DNA from: a virus
Length of the DNA stretch: 64,000 nucleotides
Virus record (IMG/VR): IMGVR_UViG_3300044846_002555
Coordinates: 78,860-142,859 of that record
Direction: 5' to 3' (one strand)
The notes under the pieces are model-generated. The model was given only the letters and a program-made list of their open reading frames with translations, ran no database searches and was not told the DNA's origin. Both the position numbers and the translations under genes were made by a program. Positions 38,164-48,276 of the stretch are shown one piece after another (positions within the stretch are counted from its first letter, which is position 1; each line of letters begins with the position of its first letter).

Positions 38164-39540
38164 ATGAGACTAACTAACACATTATCAACTTTAATTACAG
38201 AACAATCGCGTTTCCAAGTGTTATATGACAAATTGGTGAAACCTTCTGACAAGCCAACAAGACCGGGTGAAAAACCTAAAGGTGCGATGGATTTTGAAAC
38301 ATTAAAGGCCATTATACTTGCTGACCCGACTACAATCGTTCCTGAAGGAATGGACATTGATACAATTTCTTTAGAGGATATGGAAAAAGTTAAAGTTGGG
38401 AAATACTCTCAATGGCTACTTAAAAACTTCATAAAACCGGTATTTACCGATGAGAAAGCTGGTTTAGAACCGGGAACACCTGAATATAAAAAGGCGGCTC
38501 AAGAGTATAGAAGATTATTCTTGGAGGATTTATATAAGGTAACTTCTGACTTAAGAAAATACGAAAAAGTTAAACAATACTTACCTCAAGAGGCAAGAGA
38601 TATTAACAAAGTAACTGCGGCTGAGTTATTCAAATTATTGGATGAGTTTGTAATGCCGGAGAAAAAACAAAAAGAATTAGAGAAGAAGGTAGCTAAGAAG
38701 ACCCGAGAAGGATTTAATCACGCAGGTGGTGAGATTGTATGGGAAGGTCCAAATTGGACTATGATTAGAATCTCTGATAAAGGTGAGGTAGGGAAAGACG
38801 CTGCGGTTTATTACGGTGGATTCCACGAATATGACCAAGGAGAATCAAGATGGTGTACATCATCACCTGGTTTAACATACTTCAATGGGTATATCAAAGA
38901 TGGTCCATTATATGTTGTATTCCCTAATGACGATAAAGGTGAGGTTGGGTTAAAAACCGGTTTACCAAAAGAAAGATATCAATTCCACTTCCCATCTAAC
39001 CAATATATGGATAGAACGGATAGACAAATTAACTTGGTTGAATACTTGAATGGTCCTATGTCGGAACTTAAAGATTTCTTCAAACCTGAATTTGCTAAAG
39101 GATTGGTTAAAGCGGGGACAAGTGATGTTGTAGATATTTCTTATCCTGATAACGCAGCTGGTAAATTCGTTGCATTATATGGTTTTGATGAATTGTTTGA
39201 AAGTTTACCTGATACTATTGTTAGATTATTAATCAGTAATAAATCAAATGAGAATATTGCTTTAGATGTTCCGGAATCAATCGGTAGATTTAAAAACTTA
39301 CAAGCGTTAAAATTAGAGAAAATTTGTAGAACTATTCCAAGTTCAGTTTGTGAATTAAAAGAATTGAATTTCTTGGCTCTACCAAATAACAAAGATTTAA
39401 AATCTTTACCTGAATGTTTAATCAACTTAACTGATTTAGCGTTTATCAATTTAAAAGATAGTAACCCAAATGTTGAAATCCCACCAAAATTAAAGGAGAG
39501 ATTGACAGACGAAGGAATGGGATTCTATTATTTTGACTAG
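38164..39540 (+). CDS. protein with WCT motif domain and C-terminal leucine-rich repeats
   Basis: SRWCTSS...GPLYV...YQFHF; LRRs VPESIGRFKNLQAL, IPSSVCELKELNFL, LPECLINLTDL. Confidence 0.65.
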   Translation: MRLTNTLSTLITEQSRFQVLYDKLVKPSDKPTRPGEKPKGAMDFETLKAIILADPTTIVPEGMDIDTISLEDMEKVKVGKYSQWLLKNFIKPVFTDEKAGLEPGTPEYKKAAQEYRRLFLEDLYKVTSDLRKYEKVKQYLPQEARDINKVTAAELFKLLDEFVMPEKKQKELEKKVAKKTREGFNHAGGEIVWEGPNWTMIRISDKGEVGKDAAVYYGGFHEYDQGESRWCTSSPGLTYFNGYIKDGPLYVVFPNDDKGEVGLKTGLPKERYQFHFPSNQYMDRTDRQINLVEYLNGPMSELKDFFKPEFAKGLVKAGTSDVVDISYPDNAAGKFVALYGFDELFESLPDTIVRLLISNKSNENIALDVPESIGRFKNLQALKLEKICRTIPSSVCELKELNFLALPNNKDLKSLPECLINLTDLAFINLKDSNPNVEIPPKLKERLTDEGMGFYYFD

Positions 39541-39565
39541 TATTAATATTTAAACACCATACAAA

Positions 39566-39856
39566 ATGAAAAATGTTGACGTTGAAATCTACATTAATCA
39601 ATTTAAAACTTTCTTTAACAACAACCCCAACGACTTAATTCAGTTGATTGGGGATGTTTTAAAGGACGACTTCTACGACAGAGTAAAACAACAATCATTA
39701 GATAATTTTGAGAACGGAGAGGACGTTTCCTTAACTCAAAAACAAATCATCTCTATTGTTGTGTCACTTAAACAATCTCAAAACGATGAGGTTGATATGG
39801 ATAAGATTAAGTCCATAATTTATCACACAGAATTTGCTCACTTTTCTCTTAACTAA
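39566..39856 (+). CDS. hypothetical protein
   Basis: 96-aa ORF. Confidence 0.55.
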   Translation: MKNVDVEIYINQFKTFFNNNPNDLIQLIGDVLKDDFYDRVKQQSLDNFENGEDVSLTQKQIISIVVSLKQSQNDEVDMDKIKSIIYHTEFAHFSLN

Positions 39857-39888
39857 TTTGTATAATTAAACTTATTGTACTATCTTTG
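39857..39888 (+). promoter_or_regulatory. Bacteroidota-type promoter
   Basis: TTTG-N20-TATCTTTG. Confidence 0.75.
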
Positions 39889-39897
39889 TACAATTAA

Positions 39898-41643
39898 TTG
39901 TATGTTATGAGAGAAGAACTATTTAATCTTACTAGAAAAGAATATCGGGTACACGAACACTCCGACACAAATAGTGTTATCTATAAAAAAAACGAGAAAG
40001 AAATAGATATTTTTGGAGGTAGTGTAACTGAATTTCGTAGTAGTGCTCCTTGGGGACATTTTAGTTTTAAAACTGAACATACTTCTGAAGAAAAGTTTAC
40101 CGAACATTACGGGAATCCGTTGGCGACTGTTGATATGACAAGAAGGATAATGTGTATTACCAAAGAGGGTGATAAGATTACCTTTAAAATGTTTTGGTAC
40201 AACAGACGAAGAAGAGTTGCGTCAAAATGGTTTAAGACTAGTACTCAATGTAAATTCGTTACCTTCAATTATAAAACCAATGCGTTGTATACTGGTTCAT
40301 TGGATAACTACCATTTGAAAAGAAATTGTCGTAAAAGAATTAGAAGAGTTTTATTCAATAGTGACCCAATAAATAAAATTAGACATTGGGTTAGAGATAG
40401 TTTTAGTTCGGAAGATAAAAAAACAATAGATGTACCAACGATTGTAAATCAAGTGGTGTCGGTCTTTGTTAACTCCATTCCCGGAACTGAAAAATATCCT
40501 GAATTATTACCGGAACAAAAAATATACAGACGTTATTTGGACGCTCAAGGTGTTAAGTATCCGAACAATTGGTTTGAACTTATTGACGCATATCCTCAAC
40601 CAAAGAAAAAAGATTTGGTTAAGTGTGATTACAAGTATGTTGATGCTTTAATGAGAGCTCATAACTTAAAGGGTGATAAAATTAAAAAATCATTACATAC
40701 TATTAATAGGTTTGTTGATGCAAATCATTTCAATACAACTTGTAAGATTTTTGGTGAGAAATTTATATTAAATCAACCTGATGAGGTGATTAATCTTTTT
40801 TTAAGCACGTGGGATATAACTATTTTATCTGAAAATGTTATACGTATGTCAGGTTTAACCAAATCTGAAAAATTAAACTTTTTTGAAATTTATAAATTAT
40901 ATTATAAAAAGTTAATTAATTACCATACTATTTCTGACCACATTAGATTTTATGGGTTATTAAAAAATTTAGAACCGGTTAAATGGAAATCAAAAACTCA
41001 CGATGAATTTACTCAAGAACATTACGATTGGTCTGAAAAATATAATTATTATACCAATGGTGACTTTACACGAATTTACAATCCAACTTTTGTTGAGAAA
41101 ATAAATGAGGTAATATTAACCAAAGATGGGCCGTACTATCCTGAAGTATTGTTAACATCCAAACGATATAACAATGAGTCGTTCTTCCAGTCTAATTGTG
41201 TAAAGACATATGTTAAACGAATAGATTCTCTATTAATCTCTATGAGACGAGGTCAAGGTGAAACTGAAGAGAGAGCGTCAATCGAGTATCGTATTAATTT
41301 AAATCTAAAACATAATACTTTTGATTTAGAGAGAGTTCAAACTTTGGGTAAACGTAACGAAAGATTAGACAATAGTTGGACAGACGCTTTGGTTAAATTG
41401 GATAGTAGAGTATTTGAATATGAAGATTTATTCGATACTTTACAGATTGAAGGTGATTTTGGTAACAGAAAAGTATTTTCTGATTGGGGGACTAAAGAAG
41501 TTGTAAGATATTCTGTAACTAAAACCGGAAAAGACATCACTGAACAACAATTATGTTGGAAAAACGATTCAATTATGAAATTAAATTCATATAATTATAA
41601 CATCGTCGAGGTTCGAGCATGGGACGATGAACTAGGATTTTAA
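39898..41643 (+). CDS. PcfJ-like domain protein
   Basis: C-terminal ESFFQSNCVKTY...ASIEY...QTLGKRN pattern. Confidence 0.6.
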   Translation: MYVMREELFNLTRKEYRVHEHSDTNSVIYKKNEKEIDIFGGSVTEFRSSAPWGHFSFKTEHTSEEKFTEHYGNPLATVDMTRRIMCITKEGDKITFKMFWYNRRRRVASKWFKTSTQCKFVTFNYKTNALYTGSLDNYHLKRNCRKRIRRVLFNSDPINKIRHWVRDSFSSEDKKTIDVPTIVNQVVSVFVNSIPGTEKYPELLPEQKIYRRYLDAQGVKYPNNWFELIDAYPQPKKKDLVKCDYKYVDALMRAHNLKGDKIKKSLHTINRFVDANHFNTTCKIFGEKFILNQPDEVINLFLSTWDITILSENVIRMSGLTKSEKLNFFEIYKLYYKKLINYHTISDHIRFYGLLKNLEPVKWKSKTHDEFTQEHYDWSEKYNYYTNGDFTRIYNPTFVEKINEVILTKDGPYYPEVLLTSKRYNNESFFQSNCVKTYVKRIDSLLISMRRGQGETEERASIEYRINLNLKHNTFDLERVQTLGKRNERLDNSWTDALVKLDSRVFEYEDLFDTLQIEGDFGNRKVFSDWGTKEVVRYSVTKTGKDITEQQLCWKNDSIMKLNSYNYNIVEVRAWDDELGF

Positions 41644-41644
41644 T

Positions 41645-41965
41645 ATGAAAGAAATACCACAACATTGTATTGATACCTTCAAGGAAAGGTTCGGAGCACA
41701 TCCTAGTATTGTTGAGTTAACACCTACAATGTCTAGTGAAGACACAGATAAGTTTTTAAGTAAAGCTCATTTGTTATGGTTTGAAAATTTTGTGAATGAT
41801 GAATATAAGATTGTTCCTATGGACAGATTATATGAATATGACTCTAGTGGTATTTTAATACTCCGAAAGTCACATACCAAGATATTTATTTTAACAAAGG
41901 TGGATAAACAAAATGTGGTAGATTTTATATTACTACAATTAAAAAGATTAACAAAAAAAGATTAA
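41645..41965 (+). CDS. hypothetical protein
   Basis: 106-aa ORF. Confidence 0.55.
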   Translation: MKEIPQHCIDTFKERFGAHPSIVELTPTMSSEDTDKFLSKAHLLWFENFVNDEYKIVPMDRLYEYDSSGILILRKSHTKIFILTKVDKQNVVDFILLQLKRLTKKD

Positions 41966-41968
41966 AAA

Positions 41969-42292
41969 ATGGAAATTACACAAGAATTATTACAAGAAAA
42001 AATTAACAATGGTGAAAAATTAGTAGTTGACTTTTGGGCTCCATGGTGTGGGCCTTGTAAAGTTATGAAACCGGCTTTTGAAAAAGTTTCTGAAGAATTT
42101 AGAAACGAAAACTCTGAAGTTCAATTGTTCACCTTAAATGTTGAAGAAAATAAAGAATTTGCTGCATCATTAGGTATTAGAGCAATCCCTACGGTTAAAT
42201 CATTTTCAGATGGTAAAGAAGTTTATTCTCAACCGGGAATGCAAATGGAAAGTCAAATTAAACAATTAGTGACTAACCTAATCAATGGATAA
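41969..42292 (+). CDS. trxA: thioredoxin
   Basis: VDFWAPWCGPCK, IRAIPT. Confidence 0.93.
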   Translation: MEITQELLQEKINNGEKLVVDFWAPWCGPCKVMKPAFEKVSEEFRNENSEVQLFTLNVEENKEFAASLGIRAIPTVKSFSDGKEVYSQPGMQMESQIKQLVTNLING

Positions 42293-42569
42293 GTTATTAA
42301 TTCTTTTCACTATGAAAGGTTGTCCTTATTGTGATATGATGAAGGAACAACTTATTAAAAATGATATTGGATTTGTTATAAGAGATATTGATGAACATAA
42401 AGATGAATATGATATGTTTGTCGAAGTAACTGAAAACGAATTTGTCCCAGCTTTTATGATTGTTGAATCTCCGGATGAATCACCTAAAAGTTATTTATAC
42501 GCACCTGAAAGAGATTTTGATGAAATTGATGAAGGTGTTGAAATAATTAAAGAACATTTTAAAAAATAA
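42285..42569 (+). CDS. glutaredoxin-like protein
   Basis: GCPYC, FVPAF. Confidence 0.82.
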   Translation: MDKLLILFTMKGCPYCDMMKEQLIKNDIGFVIRDIDEHKDEYDMFVEVTENEFVPAFMIVESPDESPKSYLYAPERDFDEIDEGVEIIKEHFKK

Positions 42570-42570
42570 A

Positions 42571-42594
42571 AAAATCCCCTTAATTGGGGATTTT
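42571..42594. terminator. bidirectional terminator
   Basis: aaaatcccc/ggggatttt stem between convergent genes. Confidence 0.75.
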
Positions 42595-42598
42595 CTAT

Positions 42599-43423
42599 TT
42601 AGAATAGTATAAGGTCTTTTATTTTATCTTTAATTAACCAAGGTTTGATATCTAAGGGTTTTAGTAAGTCATCCAAAATATTATAATCTTTAATGGTGTT
42701 ATTAAATTTTAACATATCAAAATCAAATACATCCAAAATCATTGAGGTAATATTTTTTGTCGGGTGTATGCTATTAGAAACTATCTTGATGTTATAATCC
42801 TCTGTTTCATCAAGAACTACCGAAGAGTATTCAAATGTTATTTGATTTGTTAATAGGGTATCAAATAATTGATTACAAATATATTCTGAATAGTATAATT
42901 CTTGTCTTCCCATACTCAAACTATACCCGTGAGGAAATTCCGAAGATATATTCAATGGTGAATAGGTGTAGAAACTTAAATTAGAAGTGTTGTCTTCAGA
43001 ATAATCTAATTCATATTCCATTCTGTTGGTGTAGGAGATGGTATTATATTTTGGTTGAATTGGGTCGTTGATTGCATCAATAATTGACTGATGATATATT
43101 GGTCTTGATGAGTTGTAAAAGTCAAACATGTGATAAAACTTTTTAACCAACTCTTGTTCATACATTATTAAATCAATAATGTTAATGTGTGAGTAACCAA
43201 AATCGGTTAATAGTGTTTCGTATTCACTTACAAAGTTATCTTTAACTTGGACCATGTCCAAAATTTTGGAAGATGAGGTCATTCCGTTAACCACCAAAAA
43301 TTTACCACAATCGGTAACTTCAATAACAACATCGTGTTGATTGGTTTTGTTTATCTCTTTTACTAAAAAGTCCGAGAATAGATTTACAATCCCTTTGTTT
43401 GATTTTTCATTAAAGTATTTCAT
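42599..43423 (-). CDS. degenerate S-adenosylmethionine synthetase (MetK)-like protein
   Basis: manual alignment to MetK N- and C-terminal domains; catalytic motifs absent. Confidence 0.55.
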   Translation of the reverse strand: MKYFNEKSNKGIVNLFSDFLVKEINKTNQHDVVIEVTDCGKFLVVNGMTSSSKILDMVQVKDNFVSEYETLLTDFGYSHINIIDLIMYEQELVKKFYHMFDFYNSSRPIYHQSIIDAINDPIQPKYNTISYTNRMEYELDYSEDNTSNLSFYTYSPLNISSEFPHGYSLSMGRQELYYSEYICNQLFDTLLTNQITFEYSSVVLDETEDYNIKIVSNSIHPTKNITSMILDVFDFDMLKFNNTIKDYNILDDLLKPLDIKPWLIKDKIKDLILF

Positions 43424-43471
43424 ATTTTTAAATTATACGAAATGATATGTAAAATAAAATTAATTATAAAT

Positions 43472-43495
43472 AAAAAAGGGACAAAAAGTCCCTTT
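43472..43495 (-). terminator. intrinsic terminator
   Basis: aaagggac/gtcccttt stem with an A-tract on the plus strand. Confidence 0.65.
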
Positions 43496-43515
43496 ATTTT
43501 TTTAAACACAAAATA

Positions 43516-43674
43516 TTATTTTTTAGTGTAATATCTCTCAACAACTTTACGGATAGATTCTTGTATTGGCTGAGTTTTTGGAGCTTGAGCCTGAACCTGC
43601 TGTAGAGTTTGAGATTGACTTGATTGTTGTGTCGTTTGTGTTTGTTGTGCTTTGTTTTTACATCCGCAACCCAT
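43516..43674 (-). CDS. 52-aa MGCGCK, Gln-rich protein (not in ORF track)
   Basis: MGCGCKNKAQQTQ...IQESIRKVVERYYTKK*; own TATTTAT (43703-43709) and terminator. Confidence 0.7.
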   Translation of the reverse strand: MGCGCKNKAQQTQTTQQSSQSQTLQQVQAQAPKTQPIQESIRKVVERYYTKK

Positions 43675-43765
43675 GATTATTTTTATTTAAACGTTTATAA
43701 CCATAAATATCATATATAATGATAATATGTAAATATATTTTATATCTTTGTGTATATTTATTGAT

Positions 43766-45130
43766 ATGAGTGGTAAAATAATTTTAACGAATAAAGATTT
43801 ACATCAGATTGTAAAACAAATCAAAGAACAAGTTGAGGGTGATTATTATAAGATATCGCCTGAAGAATATATACAATTAATGTCTTTAGGTAGTTATCAC
43901 GGAAAAGCGATAACTAAAATGAGAAAGTTTCAAGGTAAACCATTATGGATAACCGGGGACTTAAATCTATCTAGTACTCCAACAGATAGTTTAGGTAATG
44001 TCGGTTATGTTGATGGAAGTTTAAATATCTCATATACTAAAGTGTCTAGCATAGAAGGAACTAATGTTAAAGGGTGGGTTGCTGATTCTAATTCACCTCG
44101 TGAAAGAATTAGAGAGAAACAAGAACTCAATGCTAAATTAGCTCAACAGGATATACTTCGTGATAATAATGAATGGGATTTTAAAAATGGTGATGAGACC
44201 GGAGAAAAGGCTCAAGCGTTATTTGAAAATTTAATTAATAATGGTGAGATTGACCTGTTATCCGACGAGGACAAAGAAAAATTAACAATTTTGAGACGTA
44301 AACTTCAAGATTTGGAACAAGAGTATGAGGGGCTTGATGATAATGATGATAGAGCATATGAAGTTCAAGAAGCTATTGATGAAACTCAATCGGAAATTGA
44401 TGAGTTAGAAGAAAATGATGCGGATGTTTATATGATGTATCCACAACCAAGATATACTCATTATGGGTTAACACAATTTGAGGTTTTAATACCTGGTTTC
44501 AAAAATAATGAATATACTGTTGGAACTGAAGAAGAGATGGATGATGCGGCATTACAATATGCTAAAAATTATGTTGATGATGTGGGGGCGGATGGATTTA
44601 ATGAATCATTTATTGAAGATTATTTAGATGTTGATGCTATTGTTAATATGGCTGAAGAGGATTATGATTATCAAGTTAGAGATTATCCTGATAGTTATTT
44701 CAGTGATAGTGATTATGAGTTGACCTATGAACAAGAACAAAGAATAGAACAACTTGAATCTCAAATAGAAGATTTAGAACAACAAAAACTTGAATTGGAT
44801 TCAGATGACGAAAATTATTATGACTACGAAGAGGATTTAGATAATCAAATTGAAGCTCTTCAAGAAGAGTTAGATAGTATTGAAGTTGATACCGAACCAA
44901 CTGAAGAAATGATTGAGAATAAAGTTAATGAATTAGTCAGAGACGTAAGAAGAGACCCGTTAGATTATCTTAAAAACTATGGTTTAGATATTAAAGAATA
45001 TATTGATGAAGATGCTTTAGCTCAAGGGTTAGTTGATTCTGATGGTTGGGGTGTTATGAATAGTTATGACGGTCAATACGATAGTGAAGAAGTTAATGGT
45101 GTGACATATTATATAATGAGAACTAACTAA
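43766..45130 (+). CDS. acidic coiled-coil protein
   Basis: start MSGKIIL just after TATTTAT; ITGDLNLS/VDGSLNIS LRR-like units; very D/E-rich. Confidence 0.6.
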   Translation: MSGKIILTNKDLHQIVKQIKEQVEGDYYKISPEEYIQLMSLGSYHGKAITKMRKFQGKPLWITGDLNLSSTPTDSLGNVGYVDGSLNISYTKVSSIEGTNVKGWVADSNSPRERIREKQELNAKLAQQDILRDNNEWDFKNGDETGEKAQALFENLINNGEIDLLSDEDKEKLTILRRKLQDLEQEYEGLDDNDDRAYEVQEAIDETQSEIDELEENDADVYMMYPQPRYTHYGLTQFEVLIPGFKNNEYTVGTEEEMDDAALQYAKNYVDDVGADGFNESFIEDYLDVDAIVNMAEEDYDYQVRDYPDSYFSDSDYELTYEQEQRIEQLESQIEDLEQQKLELDSDDENYYDYEEDLDNQIEALQEELDSIEVDTEPTEEMIENKVNELVRDVRRDPLDYLKNYGLDIKEYIDEDALAQGLVDSDGWGVMNSYDGQYDSEEVNGVTYYIMRTN

Positions 45131-45178
45131 AACTATTCCTTTTTCCAATCTTTTCCCGTATATTTTAAATAATAGAAT

Positions 45179-45946
45179 ATGGAAATGAAACAGAAAAATA
45201 AGAATAGATTCATAATGGACACCGATTGGTTATTTGACGGTATTTTAGATGCCGAACAAAAACAATATGTGTTATTAGATTACTTCCAAAAGATGAACAA
45301 ACATCTTGAAAGAATGGAAGTATACCCAATGTTCATAGAACTTTCATTACATTTGGGAAATATACAAACATTACTTACTCAAAATAAAATCTTATACGTA
45401 GATAGAAAATTAACATCCAATGACGATGAACTAGTGTTATCCGATTTGAAGGTTAAAGACATCCCCATTTTAGATGATGAGGAAGTAATTGAATATCATA
45501 AAATATTGAAAAATAGTCAACCACAACTACACGACTATTTTAATTTTGCAAAATCAATATGGAGTATTGTTTATGACTCTATAGAGGTTGTTGTGAAAAA
45601 AAACAAAAACAATCTACAAAGTAAATCCGGATTCTTTTATTACAAGCAACCCGATAATTTATACATTTGGCAATACACTACAAGAAAAGTGTATAAGACC
45701 AAAGGACAAACAAAAACCTCTCTAAAATTAATTTTTAAAGGACAACAGGATAGTTTGACAATCCCGGAAATTATCTCTACATTTTCTAAAACCTATGAAA
45801 AAAACAATGAAGTTGATTATCCAATTTTTGAAGTATTTTGTAGTGATGTGTTTCCATTAGAACAAACATTGGTACCAATTTTTAAAAGAAAAATATTATC
45901 ATATATTAATCAAAGCGTTAAAATAACAAGAAAATTATTATCATAA
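45179..45946 (+). CDS. hypothetical protein
   Basis: 255-aa ORF. Confidence 0.6.
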   Translation: MEMKQKNKNRFIMDTDWLFDGILDAEQKQYVLLDYFQKMNKHLERMEVYPMFIELSLHLGNIQTLLTQNKILYVDRKLTSNDDELVLSDLKVKDIPILDDEEVIEYHKILKNSQPQLHDYFNFAKSIWSIVYDSIEVVVKKNKNNLQSKSGFFYYKQPDNLYIWQYTTRKVYKTKGQTKTSLKLIFKGQQDSLTIPEIISTFSKTYEKNNEVDYPIFEVFCSDVFPLEQTLVPIFKRKILSYINQSVKITRKLLS

Positions 45947-46128
45947 TGGACAAAAGACAGATTAAATCGTTAATGGATAAGTTAAGACAACCAATCCATA
46001 TTAATTATATCTCCAAATACATCCTTAAAAAAGATATAGATGAGACAAAACAACAATTAGATATTTTAATATCTGAAGGTTATATTAAAGAAAGTAAATT
46101 AAGTCAAGGATATTATGTGGCTGTCTAA
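45946..46128 (+). CDS. small winged-helix-like protein
   Basis: PIHINYIS...LISEGYIKE...GYY pattern. Confidence 0.45.
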   Translation: MDKRQIKSLMDKLRQPIHINYISKYILKKDIDETKQQLDILISEGYIKESKLSQGYYVAV

Positions 46129-46336
46129 AAAAACATATAACATTGGTTATCGTTGTAGTCAGACCGTGATTAAGTTTTTTAAGTACTCAATTTTATATAG
46201 TACGTCACCGTCCGGATGGTCTATAAGGTTTAATAATGGGATTGGTGTTAATGTTACAACAAAACCTTTATTCTCGGTTAGAAATGGCTATAAAAAAAGC
46301 ATTAAATTAGGAAAATATTATATAGTAAAATTATGA
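46115..46336 (+). CDS. hypothetical protein
   Basis: LFSVRNGYKK; fills the operon. Confidence 0.5.
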   Translation: MWLSKKTYNIGYRCSQTVIKFFKYSILYSTSPSGWSIRFNNGIGVNVTTKPLFSVRNGYKKSIKLGKYYIVKL

Positions 46337-46569
46337 GTGAAAACAAAGAAATGGTAAACCACCCGGAACATTACGGTGGTCAGGACAATCCATATGAGGT
46401 TGTAAAAGTTTGTGAAGCTTGGGGTCTTGATAAAGACGCTTATATCTTCAATGTTGTGAAATATGTTGCAAGAGCAGGTAAGAAAGACACGGATAAAGAA
46501 CTTCAGGATATGAAGAAAGCGTTGTGGTATTTGAATCGTAAAATTGAACGTCTTGAGAGTAACAGTTGA
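46333..46569 (+). CDS. DUF3310-like protein
   Basis: VNHPEHY, NVVKYVARAGKK, DMKKALWYL. Confidence 0.85.
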   Translation: MSENKEMVNHPEHYGGQDNPYEVVKVCEAWGLDKDAYIFNVVKYVARAGKKDTDKELQDMKKALWYLNRKIERLESNS

Positions 46570-46855
46570 TATTGATGAATACGCGGAAGGCGCGGTTCTA
46601 TTGGATGGATTAGAAAGTGCAATCGTTGGGATTGTAGAGGACTTTGGTTCTCCGGGAAGAAAGATGTTATATTCAAAACAAAGAATATTAGACATTCTAC
46701 AAGAGAGAGACCTAATGACCATGGGTGAGGCTGAAGAGTTTTACGACTATAATATATTAGGATTACACGCTAGTGACCAAAACGCAGTGTTTTTAGATTT
46801 AGAAATAACACCAATAAAAAAAGAAGATGGTTGGGAATACCAATTAAAAGAATAA
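46544..46855 (+). CDS. conserved phage hypothetical protein
   Basis: DGLESAIVG...EAEEFYDYNILG. Confidence 0.6.
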   Translation: MNVLRVTVDIDEYAEGAVLLDGLESAIVGIVEDFGSPGRKMLYSKQRILDILQERDLMTMGEAEEFYDYNILGLHASDQNAVFLDLEITPIKKEDGWEYQLKE

Positions 46856-46856
46856 T

Positions 46857-47429
46857 ATGGCAAATGTAATGACAACATATGTTAAGATTGTTAATCTTAA
46901 CGAAGAAACGTTTTTAAAATTTATTGATTTATTTAAAACTGAAAATGACAATAGTTCTTATGTAGAATTAGTAAATCATTTTAATAAATTATTTGATGAG
47001 AAATTTAGTGAACCGGATAATGTTATGAACCGAGAATGGATGGAACAAAACATTGGTTCAAAGTGGATTACCGTTGAATTTGGCGATGATGGATATACAC
47101 CTGAAGTTGATGTGATAATCGAAAGTGCTTGGAGTGTTCCTACGGAATATATTCAAAAAGTGGTTGAGGTTTTAAATCGGATGAATAAAGATATTGTCGC
47201 TTATGGTACATACGAAGATGAAGGATTCTCACCTATCGGAGCGTTTGTTTACGGATATGATTATGATGATATTGAAGATTACGATGAAGAAGTTGATTTT
47301 GATGAAATGATGAATGACGACGAGTATCATGAAAAAACATATGATGAACTATATTCATTAAGAGATAGTTTATATAATTCATATCTTGAAGCAAAAAAAG
47401 AAAGAGAAGAAGATGATAGAAACGGGTAA
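46857..47429 (+). CDS. hypothetical protein (ferredoxin-like-fold candidate)
   Basis: NIGSKW, ESAWSVP, YEDEG. Confidence 0.55.
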   Translation: MANVMTTYVKIVNLNEETFLKFIDLFKTENDNSSYVELVNHFNKLFDEKFSEPDNVMNREWMEQNIGSKWITVEFGDDGYTPEVDVIIESAWSVPTEYIQKVVEVLNRMNKDIVAYGTYEDEGFSPIGAFVYGYDYDDIEDYDEEVDFDEMMNDDEYHEKTYDELYSLRDSLYNSYLEAKKEREEDDRNG

Positions 47430-48276
47430 AATTATTAATGGGGATTGTATTGAGGTAATGAAAACTTTTCCGGAAGGTTCAATTGATTTATTGGTAACCT
47501 CACCGCCATATAACGTAAATATTGCTTATGATGTTCATAAGGATGATTTATCAATGGATGAGTATTATGAATGGACGAAAAACTGGTTGAGAGAAGCGTT
47601 ACGAGTATTAAAAGATGATGGTAGAATTGCTGTTAATGTTCCAAATGAATTGAATGTTCAAGAAAGAGGTGGTAGAATTTTATTCGTTGCTGAGTTTTGG
47701 ATGATGATGAAAGAAGTTGGGTTTAAGTTTAGTGGGTTAGTTGACCTTACAGAAAATAGTCCACACAGAGTTAGACAAACGGCTTGGGGTTCTTGGATGA
47801 GTGCGTCGGCACCTTATGTGTACAATCCAAAAGAATGTGTGATTATTGCTTATAAGAAAAGTAGTAAGAAATTAACTAAAGGAATATCACAATGGTTGGG
47901 AACACCAACTGAAGTTACTAATGAAGATGGTAAAGTTAGAACCAAGATGGTTTATCAGGACGAAGACAAGAAAGAGTTTATGAATTTGGTGTTTGGACGA
48001 TGGGAATATTTTGCGGATACTAGGTCATTAACAAAGGCTACATTCTCAATGGATATTCCTGCAAAGGCGATTAAGATATTGTCATATAAGAACGACATTG
48101 TTCTTGACCCATTTATGGGTAGCGGAACTTCAGCGTTCGCTGCGGAATTATTGGACCGAAGATGGTTGGGAATCGAGTTATCACCGGCTTATACGGAAAT
48201 TGCGAGAAAAAGAGTCCAAGCATTAATTGATGAACGGAAACAAATGAAATTAGAATTAAAAGAAGAGGAGGTTTAA
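47413..48276 (+). CDS. beta-class N4-C/N6-A DNA methyltransferase
   Basis: GDCIE, TSPPYN before DPFMGSGT, GIELS. Confidence 0.9.
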   Translation: MIETGKIINGDCIEVMKTFPEGSIDLLVTSPPYNVNIAYDVHKDDLSMDEYYEWTKNWLREALRVLKDDGRIAVNVPNELNVQERGGRILFVAEFWMMMKEVGFKFSGLVDLTENSPHRVRQTAWGSWMSASAPYVYNPKECVIIAYKKSSKKLTKGISQWLGTPTEVTNEDGKVRTKMVYQDEDKKEFMNLVFGRWEYFADTRSLTKATFSMDIPAKAIKILSYKNDIVLDPFMGSGTSAFAAELLDRRWLGIELSPAYTEIARKRVQALIDERKQMKLELKEEEV

